DNA of 64,000 nt from Candidatus Limnocylindria bacterium (GCA_038255505.1 JBBSLF010000001.1:2549-66548), one strand, 5' to 3'; shown: positions 1 to 9,973, counted from the first letter of the stretch. Notes: generated by a model from the letters alone, not told the origin. Translations and numbers: made by a program.

Positions 1-10
1 TCGAATGGCC

Positions 11-658
11 TCAGCGCACGAGCGTCAGGGTTCGCTCATCCACCAGGAGCGCGAGAACCGTTCCTCCGACCAGGAAGGGTCCGAATGGGATGTAGCTGCG
101 CATGCCAACCCGCTTACCGATGAGCAGAATGATGCTGGTACCGGCGGCCAGGAAGGCTGCCGCAAAGAGCGCGGTGAAGATCACCGGCCAGCCAAGCATG
201 AGACCGATAGGTGCCACGAGGTAGAGATCGCCCAGCGCCAATCCACCGCGCACCACGAGCGCGAGCGCGCCGAGGAATCCCACCGCTGCCGCTGCGCCGA
301 TGAGGGCCATGAGCGGGTCCACGGCCGGGTTGAACGGCACGAACAGGACCGCGAGCAGGATGAGCGGGTCGAGCACCAGGTGCGGAAGCCGGCGCTGCTC
401 GAGGTCGGTGGCGGTGAGAACAAGGAGTAGGCCCAGGAGCGCGAGATAACCACCGGTTCCCCACCATGGCAGCTCGGAACGCCCGACAATCCCCGCAGCA
501 GCCAGTCCGCTGACGACGGCAAGGCAGATCGTGCGCCAGCCGAATGGCCGGTTCTGCGCCTCATCGGCCGGCCAGGCGCTGGCGAGTCGTTCCGAGAGCG
601 CGCCGGCAACGGCGAATACGCCGCCGATCGCCAGGGCTGCCAATGTCACGTTCGTCAT
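11..658 (-). CDS. Prepilin (type IV) leader peptidase, A24 family. Polytopic membrane protein.
   Basis: Translation from MTNVTLAALAIGG... is hydrophobic with A24-like motifs GDLYLVAPIGLMLGW and IPFGPFL. ATG at 656-658 with upstream GGAG-type RBS. In-frame stop at the window edge. Confidence 0.65.
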   Translation of the reverse strand: MTNVTLAALAIGGVFAVAGALSERLASAWPADEAQNRPFGWRTICLAVVSGLAAAGIVGRSELPWWGTGGYLALLGLLLVLTATDLEQRRLPHLVLDPLILLAVLFVPFNPAVDPLMALIGAAAAVGFLGALALVVRGGLALGDLYLVAPIGLMLGWPVIFTALFAAAFLAAGTSIILLIGKRVGMRSYIPFGPFLVGGTVLALLVDERTLTLVR

Positions 659-833
659 TTCTCCTTCGCACGCCGGCGACCGGTGCGCCGTGGCACCGCC
701 CATCCTACGGTCCCCGGCGGGGTCGACCATAGGCCGATGGTCCGCTCCCGCGTGCTCGCCGCTGGCACGGCATCTGCTTCATGGCTCGGCATCGCCGGCC
801 GCCGGCCGGCATGAATTCGGGAGGAACCGAACC

Positions 834-1022
834 GTGGACAAGGATCGCGTCGAAGGCCCCCTCAAGGAGGCCGGTGGCAAGGCAAAGGAAGGGTGGGGCG
901 ATCTCACCGACAACGAGAAGACCGAGGCCGAAGGCGAGCAGGACCAGGCCGAGGGCAAGGTCCAGAACAAATGGGGCGAGGCCAAGGATAACGTCCGCGA
1001 CGCGGTCGACCCCGACCGCTGA
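834..1022 (+). CDS. csbD: CsbD-family general stress protein (about 62 aa)
   Basis: GTG start after a GGGAGG RBS. Translation DKDRVEGPLKEAGGKAKEGWGDLTDNEKTEAEGEQDQAEGKVQNKWGEAKDNV has the typical CsbD repeats. Confidence 0.6.
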   Translation: MDKDRVEGPLKEAGGKAKEGWGDLTDNEKTEAEGEQDQAEGKVQNKWGEAKDNVRDAVDPDR

Positions 1023-1036
1023 ACGGCCCTGTCCCC

Positions 1037-1070
1037 ATACGCCCCGCCGGTGATCACCGGCGGGGCGTAT
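1037..1070. terminator. Perfect 17-bp-arm inverted repeat (ATACGCCCCGCCGGTGA/TCACCGGCGGGGCGTAT) followed by CTGTTG. Likely a bidirectional hairpin terminator between csbD and pepA.
   Basis: Inverted repeat read directly from the sequence. T-tract is weak, as is usual in high-GC genomes. Confidence 0.45.
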
Positions 1071-1314
1071 CTGTTGCCCCTCGTGAGTCGCGCACGTTCT
1101 TGCGCTCAGCACACGGATCTACCAGACGAGCGACGTAATTCCGCCAGATTCTGCGTGGGGTGCACAGGATGATGACCAGGCGGTCCCATGCGCGACGGCC
1201 ACCCGCCAAGACGTGCGCTCAGCGCACAATTGCGCGGTTACGCGACCGCGGCCCGCAGATCCATGCGCTGAACGCAAAGCCTCACGGAGCTGAGACCCCC
1301 AGGTGTTCCTTCGG

Positions 1315-2808
1315 CTAAGGCGAGGGCTTCGAACGGCCGAAGTCCAGGGCCAGCTGCACCAGCGCGGCGACCGATGCGCCGGTCGCCCCCTTCGGACCGT
1401 AGGGCTTCTCGGCTGCAAGGTACGCGCTACCGGCAATGTCGAGGTGCACCCACGGCACGGTCACGAACTCCGATAGGAAGATGGCGGCCTTGATGAGCGA
1501 GCCGTCGCGACCGCCGGAGTTGACGATGTCCGCATAGGGAGAGTCATAGCTGGCCCGGTACTCCGGGACCAGGGGCATCTCCCAGAACCACTCCCCCGCC
1601 TTCTCGGCCGCGGCGCCGACCTCGTTGCCCCACTCGCGGGGACGGGCAAAGTACGCGCTCACCTGGTCGCCGAATGCGATCGCGCAGGCCCCGGTCAGAG
1701 TGGCCACATCAACGACATGCGTCGCGCCCTCGCGTTCCGCCCACGTCATGGCATCGGCCAGGATCTGGCGGCCTTCGGCATCGGTGTTCGTGACCTCCAC
1801 GGTCATGCCGTTCATGGCCTTCACCACGTCGCCCGGACGCTGTGCGTTCCCGCCCGGCATGTTCTCGACCATCGGCGCGACAGCCATGAGCGGTGTCCCC
1901 GGCGCCAGTCGCGCGACGGTACGAGCAGCAGCGATCACGGCCGCGGCCCCCGACTTGTCATGCTTCATGTCGCCCATGTTCTCGGCCGGTTTGATGCTGA
2001 TTCCGCCGGAGTCGAAGCACACGCCCTTGCCGACGATGGCCAGCCTCCGATCGCCACCGGCCTCCCAGCCCGGGAGCTTGATGGCGATCATGCGGGGCTC
2101 GTGCGTTGCGCCCTGCCCCACGCCGAGCAGCAGTCCCATGCCGAGCTTCTCCATGTCCGCGGGCTCGAGAATCTCGACGCTGCAGCCGTCATCGGACAGC
2201 TCGCGAGCGACATCGGCCATACGCTCGGGGTACAGATCGTTGGCGGCGCGGTTGGCGAGGTCACGCCCGAACGCGATCCCTTCGCCGATGACCGCTCCCC
2301 GATCGATAGCCTCCTGCGACGCCCCGATGAACAGCACCTCGTCAATGGATCGCTGCATGGCGGGCGTGTCGCGAACACGGCCATAGATGGCGGTGGACCG
2401 ATAGGTCCCTGCGATCGCTCCCGCCGCGGCGGCGGCAAACGCCTCGTCGTCCTCGCCGTCACGCAGCCAGAGCGCCAGCGACTGCGCGCCGCGACCGTTC
2501 AGACGACGGGTGGCCACCGCGGCCAGCCGGCGCGCGCGATAGGCTCCGCGACCCCGTGTTCCGGCATTGAGCAGGAGGAGGCGGCCGGCCGCGAGATCAC
2601 CGGCATCGATGAGGGCTGACACGTGCTCGACCGTGTTGAACTCGCCCCAATCGATGGCATCGCGGATGGCGCCCCCGGACGCGGCATCGAGCTCAGCCAG
2701 ATCACCGCTCAACCCGGCGTCCCCGGAGTAGTCCTCGGTGTAGATCGGGACGGCCAGGATGTCGGCCGAGACGCTGGCGGGCGTGCTGGAGATCGCGCGC
2801 AGGCGCAT
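1315..2808 (-). CDS. pepA: Leucyl aminopeptidase, M17 family
   Basis: NTDAEGR signature (NTDAEGRQILADAMTWAEREG). 497-aa full-length frame. Confidence 0.85.
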   Translation of the reverse strand: MRLRAISSTPASVSADILAVPIYTEDYSGDAGLSGDLAELDAASGGAIRDAIDWGEFNTVEHVSALIDAGDLAAGRLLLLNAGTRGRGAYRARRLAAVATRRLNGRGAQSLALWLRDGEDDEAFAAAAAGAIAGTYRSTAIYGRVRDTPAMQRSIDEVLFIGASQEAIDRGAVIGEGIAFGRDLANRAANDLYPERMADVARELSDDGCSVEILEPADMEKLGMGLLLGVGQGATHEPRMIAIKLPGWEAGGDRRLAIVGKGVCFDSGGISIKPAENMGDMKHDKSGAAAVIAAARTVARLAPGTPLMAVAPMVENMPGGNAQRPGDVVKAMNGMTVEVTNTDAEGRQILADAMTWAEREGATHVVDVATLTGACAIAFGDQVSAYFARPREWGNEVGAAAEKAGEWFWEMPLVPEYRASYDSPYADIVNSGGRDGSLIKAAIFLSEFVTVPWVHLDIAGSAYLAAEKPYGPKGATGASVAALVQLALDFGRSKPSP

Positions 2809-2859
2809 GCTGTACTGGCTCCTTCGTTCAAACTTGGGCGGGCGAGGAGTATACGGTTC

Positions 2860-4257
2860 TCATCGGCAGTCCTGGATGCGCGCCGAGAACATCGTGAAGG
2901 CGGACCCGGGTGCCACCTCGGTCCCTGCCGGCGGTTCCTGGTCAATGATCCCTTCCGGCTGCCGCGGATCCTGGTTGCATCGGACCGTCCAGTCCAGCCC
3001 GGAGGTGCGCGCCAGTTCGATCGCCTCGTCGGTCGGCCTTCCGACCGTGTTCGGCACGGTTCCGGGAACGGCGGTGCGGGCTGGAGTCGCGCTGGGGCTG
3101 AACGGGGCGTCGCTCGCTCCGGGTGCGCCGGTGCGGCTGAGATCCAGGAGCGGGACGATCACGAAGACCACGACCAACACGGCCGCGGCAAGCACGAGCA
3201 GAGACCCGAGCATGCCCCAGATGCCCGATCGACGGCGAGGCGCCCGACGCGATCGTTGCCCTGGTGCAGGCCTCTGCGGACGCGAGACTGGACGCGAAGG
3301 CGAAGGCGACGCGGGAACCGCCGGCGGAACGTAGCCGGCAGATCGCAACGGCGCGCGAATGACGCGCGTATCGTCAGCGCGTGCGGTACTGACCTCGGTG
3401 TCCGCCGCCTCGAGCGCGCGGGTCATCGCTTCCGCCGAACGGAAACGCGACGCCGGCTCGCGCCGCAGGGACTGGAGGATGGCCTCGTCCAGCCGGCCCG
3501 GCACGCCCTCGACGATCGTGGATGGCGGGCGAACGTTCCCGGCCGCATGCGCCGCGCTCACCGCATCGGGCGCCAAGCCGGGGTACGGCATCTGGCCGGT
3601 GAGGGCCTGGTACAGGACGGTGCCGAGGCTGAACAGGTCACTCGCCGGCGTGAGGGCGTTGCCATGGAGCTGCTCCGGGGACATCGACTGCAGCGAGCCG
3701 ATGCTGGTGGCGCCCGCGATTCCGTCGTGCGGAGCTCTGGCGATGCCGAAATCGATCAACTTGGCGGGTCCCGGGCCCAGCATCACGTTGGCGGCCTTCA
3801 CGTCGCAGTGCACGAGTCCACGCTCGTGCACGGCTCGCAGACCGGCCAACAGCTCCTGGCCGATGCGCAGCACTTCGTCGCGCGGAAGCGTGCCGCGCTC
3901 GTCGAGCACCTGGCGCAGCGTGCGGTGCTGATCCAGCAGCTCCATGACGATGAAGTGCGCCGCGCCGTCGGTGCCCGAGTCGTAGACGTGAACGAGGCTC
4001 GGATGGGAGATCGATGCCGCCGCCCGACCCTCGTCGAGGAATCGCGCCGTGAACGTCGGGTCATCCGCGTACGGAGGCGCCAGGACCTTGATGGCCACGT
4101 CCCGATCGAGGCGCTCATCACGGGCACGGTAAACCCGGGCCATGCCGCCACGGGCCACGAGGGCGTCGATCCGGTAGCGTTCGGCCAGCGTGCGGCCGAG
4201 CATGGGATCCGGCTCCGCCGGAGCGTCTCCGGGCAGCGGACGAGGCACGTCGGTCAT
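2860..4257 (-). CDS. Ser/Thr protein kinase with a single TM segment and a C-terminal extracellular PASTA-like domain
   Basis: Gly-loop/Lys region RYRIDALVARGGMARVYRA...AIKVL, catalytic loop HCDVKAANVML, DFGIA, SPEQ. TM stretch LGSLLVLAAAVLVVVFVIV. Confidence 0.85.
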   Translation of the reverse strand: MTDVPRPLPGDAPAEPDPMLGRTLAERYRIDALVARGGMARVYRARDERLDRDVAIKVLAPPYADDPTFTARFLDEGRAAASISHPSLVHVYDSGTDGAAHFIVMELLDQHRTLRQVLDERGTLPRDEVLRIGQELLAGLRAVHERGLVHCDVKAANVMLGPGPAKLIDFGIARAPHDGIAGATSIGSLQSMSPEQLHGNALTPASDLFSLGTVLYQALTGQMPYPGLAPDAVSAAHAAGNVRPPSTIVEGVPGRLDEAILQSLRREPASRFRSAEAMTRALEAADTEVSTARADDTRVIRAPLRSAGYVPPAVPASPSPSRPVSRPQRPAPGQRSRRAPRRRSGIWGMLGSLLVLAAAVLVVVFVIVPLLDLSRTGAPGASDAPFSPSATPARTAVPGTVPNTVGRPTDEAIELARTSGLDWTVRCNQDPRQPEGIIDQEPPAGTEVAPGSAFTMFSARIQDCR

Positions 4258-5120
4258 CGGCCGGCCGTCTGCAGGATCATGGCCATCTCCGCTCGCGCGT
4301 CGCGCACCCGTCCGAGGAGATCAGCCAAACGACCGAGGGGCGTGGATGCGATCGAGGCTCCCCCTTCGCCGATGGCGATGCGCAGGGCACGGTCGGCCAT
4401 CGCGGCGTCATCGGCCAGGGCGGCAACATCGGACGCCGCGGCTGCGGCATCCTCGCGATTTCCCACCTGCGTTGCGGCCACCAGGCGCTCCATGGCCACG
4501 ATCATCGCATCCACCGTCCCGATCCACACCGGCAACGTCGGCTGGCCGACCTCCCAGCCGGCAATGATGTCGTGCTCACCACGGGCCGCAGCGACGCGCT
4601 CGGACGCAAGGTCGGCCTCGCCGCGCTCCAGGAATGTGAGCGCCTCATCAAGGGTTCCGGTGACCCGTTCGGCACGCCGTCGCATCGTGACGAATGCGTC
4701 GGCCGCATCCGCGGTGCCATGCAGCTGCGCCGCGATCGAGGCAATCTCTCCTGGGTCGACGGGCGTCGCGACCGCTGGTGCGCCGGGCATGGCCGCCTGG
4801 CGCGCGCCATCCAGACGGGTGACGGCGTCCCGAACGTCACTCGCGTCGAGATCGGTGAGCAAGACGGCCGCCGTGCGAAACAGTGGGCCAGGCTCTTCGC
4901 CGCCGGTCACAACCCGCGCGCTTGCCTGACGCGCCGCCTCGAGGCCTGGCGTCACACCCTGCTCGAGTGCAGCGAGCGCGGCATCGGCACGACCGGCGCG
5001 TTCGATCACCAGGCGCTGCGCAGCCAGCCGGATCCCCGGATCAGGCCAGCCCGGCCCCAGCATCGGGGCGAGACCGATCGTCACCAGTCCGAGGGCCAGG
5101 ACGGCGCGGATGCCTATCAT
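4254..5120 (-). CDS. Hypothetical N-terminally membrane-anchored, Ala-rich protein. Translationally coupled to the downstream Ser/Thr kinase.
   Basis: ATG at 5118-5120. Its stop overlaps the kinase ATG (ATGA at 4254-4257). N-terminal TM MIGIRAVLALGLVTIGLAP. Only the C-terminal 288 aa of the 653-aa ORF are credible; the remainder is antisense to add. Confidence 0.45.
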   Translation of the reverse strand: MIGIRAVLALGLVTIGLAPMLGPGWPDPGIRLAAQRLVIERAGRADAALAALEQGVTPGLEAARQASARVVTGGEEPGPLFRTAAVLLTDLDASDVRDAVTRLDGARQAAMPGAPAVATPVDPGEIASIAAQLHGTADAADAFVTMRRRAERVTGTLDEALTFLERGEADLASERVAAARGEHDIIAGWEVGQPTLPVWIGTVDAMIVAMERLVAATQVGNREDAAAAASDVAALADDAAMADRALRIAIGEGGASIASTPLGRLADLLGRVRDARAEMAMILQTAGR

Positions 5121-5126
5121 GCGAGC

Positions 5127-6164
5127 ATGGCCCTCGTCGACGACCTCCGTTCCCTTCCCAAGGCAGAGCTGCACCAGCACCTGGACGGGTCGATGCGCCC
5201 GGAGACCGCTGTCGAGCTCGCGGCGGCGATCGATCTGCCGCTGACCCTTGAGCAGGCGCGCGCCCGAATGATCGGGCCCGAGCGTTGCCGGGACCAGGCC
5301 GCGCTGCTCGAGTTCTTTGACCTGCCGATCGCTCTGCTCCAGACGACCGAGGCGCTCGAGCGCGTGACCGCCGAGCTCATCGACGATCTGTTGGCCGATG
5401 GCATTCGATACGCCGAAATCCGGTGGGCGCCGCGACTGCACACCGAACGCGGCCTCTCGATCAGGGCCGTGATCGAGGCCGTGGCCTCGGCGGTCGCCGG
5501 GCGCGCCGCCATTCTGGGCCCGAACATGCCGCTCATCGGGCTCATCGTGACCGCGATGCGCAGCCATGCCCCCGCCGCCAACGTCGCGCTGGCGCGGACG
5601 GCCGGGGAGATCGGCCATCCCATCATCGGTTTCGATCTCGCCGGCGACGAGGCTGCGTGGCCGGCGCCGCCACACGCGCTCGCTTTCGTCACCGCCCGCG
5701 AGGCCGGGCTGGCGCTCACCGCACATGCGGGCGAAGTCAATGATCCGCAGCGCGTCCGCGAGGTGCTCGACTTCGGCGTGCGTCGCGTCGCGCACGGCGT
5801 GACCGCGATCGAGGACGAGCCGTTGCTCCAGATGCTTCGGGCGCGGGACATCACGCTCGACCTGTGCCCCACGTCGAACGTGCAGGCCGGAATCGTGGCC
5901 AGCCTGGGCGACCACCCCCTGGCGCGTCTCCACAGGTCCGGCGTGAGTGTCACCCTCTCGACTGATGGGCGTACCGTGACCGTGCTCACCCTGAGCGAGG
6001 AAATGGATCGCGTGACTGGCGCCCTGAACCTGTCGCGCGCGGAGCTCGCCGCGATCGCGCTGAACGGGTTCGACCGTGGTTTTGCACCGCCGGGCCTTCT
6101 CGGCCCGCTGGCCGCGGAGGCACGAGGGGCATGGGCGGCCTGGCTGCGGATCCCCCTCAACTGA
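5127..6164 (+). CDS. add: Adenosine deaminase
   Basis: HQHLDGS, FDLAGDE, HAGE and STDG metal-binding and catalytic motifs. ATG at 5127, in frame with the 4572 ORF. Confidence 0.85.
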   Translation: MALVDDLRSLPKAELHQHLDGSMRPETAVELAAAIDLPLTLEQARARMIGPERCRDQAALLEFFDLPIALLQTTEALERVTAELIDDLLADGIRYAEIRWAPRLHTERGLSIRAVIEAVASAVAGRAAILGPNMPLIGLIVTAMRSHAPAANVALARTAGEIGHPIIGFDLAGDEAAWPAPPHALAFVTAREAGLALTAHAGEVNDPQRVREVLDFGVRRVAHGVTAIEDEPLLQMLRARDITLDLCPTSNVQAGIVASLGDHPLARLHRSGVSVTLSTDGRTVTVLTLSEEMDRVTGALNLSRAELAAIALNGFDRGFAPPGLLGPLAAEARGAWAAWLRIPLN

Positions 6165-7017
6165 GGCGTGCTTCCAAGAGCTCCCGCACGGCCGCCGGAT
6201 CAGCCGCCACGGCATGCGGCACCGCGTCCCCGCTGAGAAATTTCACGCTGTCGGCGTCGGCGATGCCGGTCAGCACCAGGATCGCGGCACATCCGGAACG
6301 ACGGGCGCCGATGATGTCCGCATCAGGGTTGTCGCCGATGACCACCGTTTCAGCGCCCACGATGCCGCTTGCGGTGAGAATGGCGCGGAACATGGCCGGC
6401 GATGGCTTGCCGATGATCTCCGGCGCAATGCCAGTGGACGTCGCCAGCGCCGCCACGATCGACCCGGCGCCGGGGAGGAACCCGACCGCCGTCGGGTAGC
6501 GAGCATCGGCATTCGTGGCAATCAGGCGGGCACCGGCCGCGACGGCGGTCGCGGCGACCGAGAGGCGCGCGTAGTCGATCTGCGGATCGAGCCCGACGAT
6601 GACGGCGTCGAAGGCACGGTCAAGCGGCCCGCCGTCGAGTCCGTCTCCCGCCAGATCCCCAGACATGACGACCTCGAATCCGGCATCGAGCAGCTCGGTA
6701 CGCATTCCATCGGCGCCGATGGCCAGGACCGACTCGATCTCAGGAGCATGGGCGCGGATGTACTCAACCGTCGCCGACGTCGAAGTCACGATTTCGTCGG
6801 CGCGCGCCACGATCCCCATCCCGGCAAGTTTCTCCACGTACCCGGCACGCGCCACCATCGAGTTGTTCGTTGCGAATCGTACGGCGACGCGACGGTCGTG
6901 CAGCCATGTCACCAGTTCGCGGGCTCCAGTGACCGGCGTATCGCCGCGGTAGACGACGCCGTCGAGGTCGAAGATGACGAGGCGCACGCGGTCTGGGAGC
7001 TGGTTCATCGGCAGCAT
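6157..7017 (-). CDS. HAD-superfamily hydrolase, subfamily IIA (NagD/UMP-phosphatase-like)
   Basis: Motif I FDLDGVVY, later GDNPDADI motif IV. 286 aa. Confidence 0.7.
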   Translation of the reverse strand: MLPMNQLPDRVRLVIFDLDGVVYRGDTPVTGARELVTWLHDRRVAVRFATNNSMVARAGYVEKLAGMGIVARADEIVTSTSATVEYIRAHAPEIESVLAIGADGMRTELLDAGFEVVMSGDLAGDGLDGGPLDRAFDAVIVGLDPQIDYARLSVAATAVAAGARLIATNADARYPTAVGFLPGAGSIVAALATSTGIAPEIIGKPSPAMFRAILTASGIVGAETVVIGDNPDADIIGARRSGCAAILVLTGIADADSVKFLSGDAVPHAVAADPAAVRELLEARLS

Positions 7018-7147
7018 GTATTGAGCTTCATGGTAGGCAGGCAGTATGATGCCGCAGATTCAGCGCCAGCTGCCTAGGCTCGAGCGCAGACGGAGGCGCC
7101 GCGACACCCGCGGCTATACGCACCCAAGAGTGGTGTGGAGGAAACAT

Positions 7148-8299
7148 ATGCGAAGACATCCCAGCGCGATGGTGGCCATGCTGGCCATCGTGATGCTGAT
7201 CTTGGCCGCCTGCAACGGCGGCGGCGAGAGCCCAGCGGCCAGCGATCCTGCGTCGATGGCACCCGAGTCAATGGCACCCGAGTCCATGGCACCAGAGTCC
7301 GAGGCTCCGGACGAGAGCGCCGAGGCGGCCACCATCAAGGCCTGCATGGTCAGCGATGTCGGCGGCATCGACGACAACAGCTTCAACGAGAACGCCTGGC
7401 TCGGGATGGAAGAGGCCAGCGATGAGCTGGGCGCCGAGGTGAGCTTCCTCGAGTCCCGCTCCGCGGAGGACTACGCGCGCAACATCGACCAGCACATCTC
7501 CGATGGCTGCGACATGATCATCACCGTCGGCTTCCTCCTCGGTGATGCCACCGCGGCCGCCGCAGAGGCGAATCCCGACACGCGCTTCGCGATCGTCGAC
7601 TTCGCGTACGATCCGGCGCTCCCGAACGTCGAGGGCCTGGTCTACAACACCGCCGAGGGCGCGATGCTCGCCGGGTACGCTGCCGCCTCCTGGTCGAAGA
7701 CCGGGATCATGGGCACCTTCGGCGGCATCAACATCGGTCCGGGAGTGACGGACTTCATGGACGGCTTCATCGCCGGCATGAACTACTACAACGAGCAGAA
7801 CGGGACCGAGGTCCGCATGCTCGGCGGCCGCGATCCGAACAATCCCGACTCGGGCACGTTCACGGGCAACTTCGATAGCACCGACGACGCGAAGAACGTC
7901 ACCCTCGGCATGCTCCAGGAGGGCGCCGACGTGATCCTCCCGGTCGGAGGACCGATCGGTCAGGGCACGTTCGCGGCGATCGACGAGCAGAGCGCCGATG
8001 CGGTCGGCCTTGGCGTCGACGTCGACTGGACGCTGACCGTGCCCGAGTTCAGCGAGTATATGCTCACGAGCGTCATCAAGCGCATCGATAACTCGGTCTA
8101 CCAGGCCATCGAGCGCGCGATCAACGGGGAGGAGCCGGAGCCGGTCTTCGTCAGCACACTCGAGAACGAGGGCGTGGGCATCGCCCCGTTCCACGACTAT
8201 GAGGACGAGGTCTCGCAGGAGGTCAAGGACGCGATCGATGAGATGTCGGCGGCGATCATCGCCGGTGACCTCAGCCCGTCCGACTACTACGGCGAGTGA
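7148..8299 (+). CDS. BMP-family (PnrA/Med-like) ABC substrate-binding lipoprotein, probably nucleoside-binding
   Basis: GGAGG RBS then ATG at 7148. Lipobox LILAAC. Repeated SMAPESMAPESMAPES linker. BMP core KACMVSDVGGIDDNSFNENAWLGMEEA. Confidence 0.85.
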   Translation: MRRHPSAMVAMLAIVMLILAACNGGGESPAASDPASMAPESMAPESMAPESEAPDESAEAATIKACMVSDVGGIDDNSFNENAWLGMEEASDELGAEVSFLESRSAEDYARNIDQHISDGCDMIITVGFLLGDATAAAAEANPDTRFAIVDFAYDPALPNVEGLVYNTAEGAMLAGYAAASWSKTGIMGTFGGINIGPGVTDFMDGFIAGMNYYNEQNGTEVRMLGGRDPNNPDSGTFTGNFDSTDDAKNVTLGMLQEGADVILPVGGPIGQGTFAAIDEQSADAVGLGVDVDWTLTVPEFSEYMLTSVIKRIDNSVYQAIERAINGEEPEPVFVSTLENEGVGIAPFHDYEDEVSQEVKDAIDEMSAAIIAGDLSPSDYYGE

Positions 8300-8348
8300 A
8301 GTGAGGGCGGTGGATTGCCCGGCGCGGGCATGAGCCGCTGAGTATCCT

Positions 8349-8382
8349 GAACGGGCGGCGTCGTCAACGGCGCCGCCCGTTC
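8349..8382. terminator. Perfect 12-bp GC stem (GAACGGGCGGCG/CGCCGCCCGTTC) with 10-nt loop, between the binding-protein and ATPase genes. Attenuator/terminator-like hairpin.
   Basis: Seen in the sequence. No U-tract. Confidence 0.35.
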
Positions 8383-8404
8383 GTATCATCGGAGCCGTCG
8401 CACC

Positions 8405-9973
8405 GTGAAGCTCGAGCTGCGGGGGATCACCAAGCGCTTTCCCGGGGTCGTGGCCAACGAGGACGTGAACCTCGTCGTCCAGCCGGGGGAGATCCATGCG
8501 CTCCTCGGCGAGAATGGCGCAGGCAAGACGACGCTGATGAACGTCCTGTACGGGCTCTACCTGCCCGACGAGGGCGAAATTCTCATCGACGATCAGCCCC
8601 GGGAGTTCGACGGGCCCGGTGATGCAATCGCGGCGGGCATCGGCATGGTCCACCAGCACTTCATGCTCGTGCCGGTGTTCACGGTCACCGAGAACGTCAT
8701 GCTCGGCATGGAGTCGACGCGAGGCCCAATCGGGCAGCTCGACAAGCCGGCGGCCCGCCGGCGGATCATGTCGATCTCCGATCGCCACAGGCTGCACATC
8801 GACCCTGATGCGGTCGTCCAGAACCTGCCGGTCGGCGTCCGCCAGCGGGTCGAGATCGTCAAGACGCTCTATCGATGGTCCGAGGTCCTGATCCTCGACG
8901 AGCCGTCCGCCGTCCTCACGCCGCAGGAAACGGTGGAGCTCTTTGAGATCATGCGTTCGCTGGTCGAAGCGGGCACCTCCATCGTTTTCATCACCCACAA
9001 GCTCAACGAAGTGCTCGAGGTCGCGGACCGGATCACCGTGCTGCGGCGCGGCACCGTTGCCGGCACGACGACGCCAGCCGAGACGAGCCGGGAGGAGCTG
9101 GCCGCGATGATGGTGGGACGCGACGTCCAGCTCGTCGTGGACCGCAAGCCGGCCACGCCGGGCGAGGCGGTCCTCGAGGTTCGCGACCTCGTGGTCCGCG
9201 ACGATCGCGGTCACAACGCCGTCGACCACCTCGACCTGACGGTGCGCGCCGGCGAGATCGTCGCGATCGCGGGCGTGCAGGGCAACGGACAGAGCGAGCT
9301 CGTCCAGGCCATCACGGGGCTCGCGGAGCCGGATTCCGGCGAGATCCGGCTCGGCGGCGAACCACTGGCCTCCAGCCCGCGCGAGGTCTACGAGGCCGGT
9401 GTCGCGCACGTTCCGGAGGACCGAATGGAGGATGGGCTCATCGCCGAGTTCACCGTCGCCGACAACCTCGTCCTGAACGCCTACTTGAACCCGCCGTATG
9501 CCTCCCGGCTGCGGCTGGACGGTGACGCCATCGTGGCCAACGCCGAGCAGCTGGTCGGCGAGTACGACGTCCGGACGCCGTCGATCTTCAATCCGGTCGC
9601 CAACCTGTCGGGTGGCAACCAGCAGAAGGTGATCGCAGCGCGGGAGTTCTCGAGGCCGATTCGTCTCATCGTCGCCGCACAGCCGACGCGCGGCCTGGAC
9701 GTCGGTTCGATCGAGTACATCCACCGGCGCATCGTCGCCAAGCGCGACGAGGGAGCCGCCGTGCTCATCGTCTCGAGCGAGCTCGACGAGGTCGTCGCGC
9801 TGGGCGACCGCATCGCGGTCATGTACCAGGGACGAATCGTGAATACGCTCGATCCGGGAGAGGCGACGTTCGAGCGCCTGGGCCTGTTGATGGGCGGTGC
9901 CCACGCCGCCGAGGACGGTGGCGACCGCCGGGAACCGGTGGCCTCGACGCCGGAGGCGGATGCTCGTGGCTGA
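8405..9973 (+). CDS. ABC transporter ATP-binding protein with two ATPase domains (simple-sugar/nucleoside uptake type)
   Basis: Two Walker A (GENGAGKTT, GVQGNGQSEL) and signature (LSGGNQQKV) sets. 522 aa. Follows the BMP binding protein. Confidence 0.85.
   Translation: MKLELRGITKRFPGVVANEDVNLVVQPGEIHALLGENGAGKTTLMNVLYGLYLPDEGEILIDDQPREFDGPGDAIAAGIGMVHQHFMLVPVFTVTENVMLGMESTRGPIGQLDKPAARRRIMSISDRHRLHIDPDAVVQNLPVGVRQRVEIVKTLYRWSEVLILDEPSAVLTPQETVELFEIMRSLVEAGTSIVFITHKLNEVLEVADRITVLRRGTVAGTTTPAETSREELAAMMVGRDVQLVVDRKPATPGEAVLEVRDLVVRDDRGHNAVDHLDLTVRAGEIVAIAGVQGNGQSELVQAITGLAEPDSGEIRLGGEPLASSPREVYEAGVAHVPEDRMEDGLIAEFTVADNLVLNAYLNPPYASRLRLDGDAIVANAEQLVGEYDVRTPSIFNPVANLSGGNQQKVIAAREFSRPIRLIVAAQPTRGLDVGSIEYIHRRIVAKRDEGAAVLIVSSELDEVVALGDRIAVMYQGRIVNTLDPGEATFERLGLLMGGAHAAEDGGDRREPVASTPEADARG

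Noticed and set aside
5-430. 141-aa plus-strand ORF at the window start
   Set aside because: It overlaps the well-supported prepilin peptidase gene on the other strand. It is highly charged and low-complexity.
1090-1280. Repeated TGCGCTCAGC(A/G)CAC-like motifs and a CAATTG-centred imperfect palindrome between csbD and pepA
   Set aside because: The copies are too degenerate to call a repeat or operator with confidence. They are noted as possible promoter elements only.
2623-4929. 768-aa ORF on the plus strand
   Set aside because: It is antisense to the Ser/Thr kinase and the coupled hypothetical protein. It is Arg/Ala-rich with no motifs.
4254-6215. 653-aa minus-strand ORF
   Set aside because: The N-terminal 365 aa are antisense to add, which has strong motifs. 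Only the C-terminal 288 aa (ATG at 5120) were kept.
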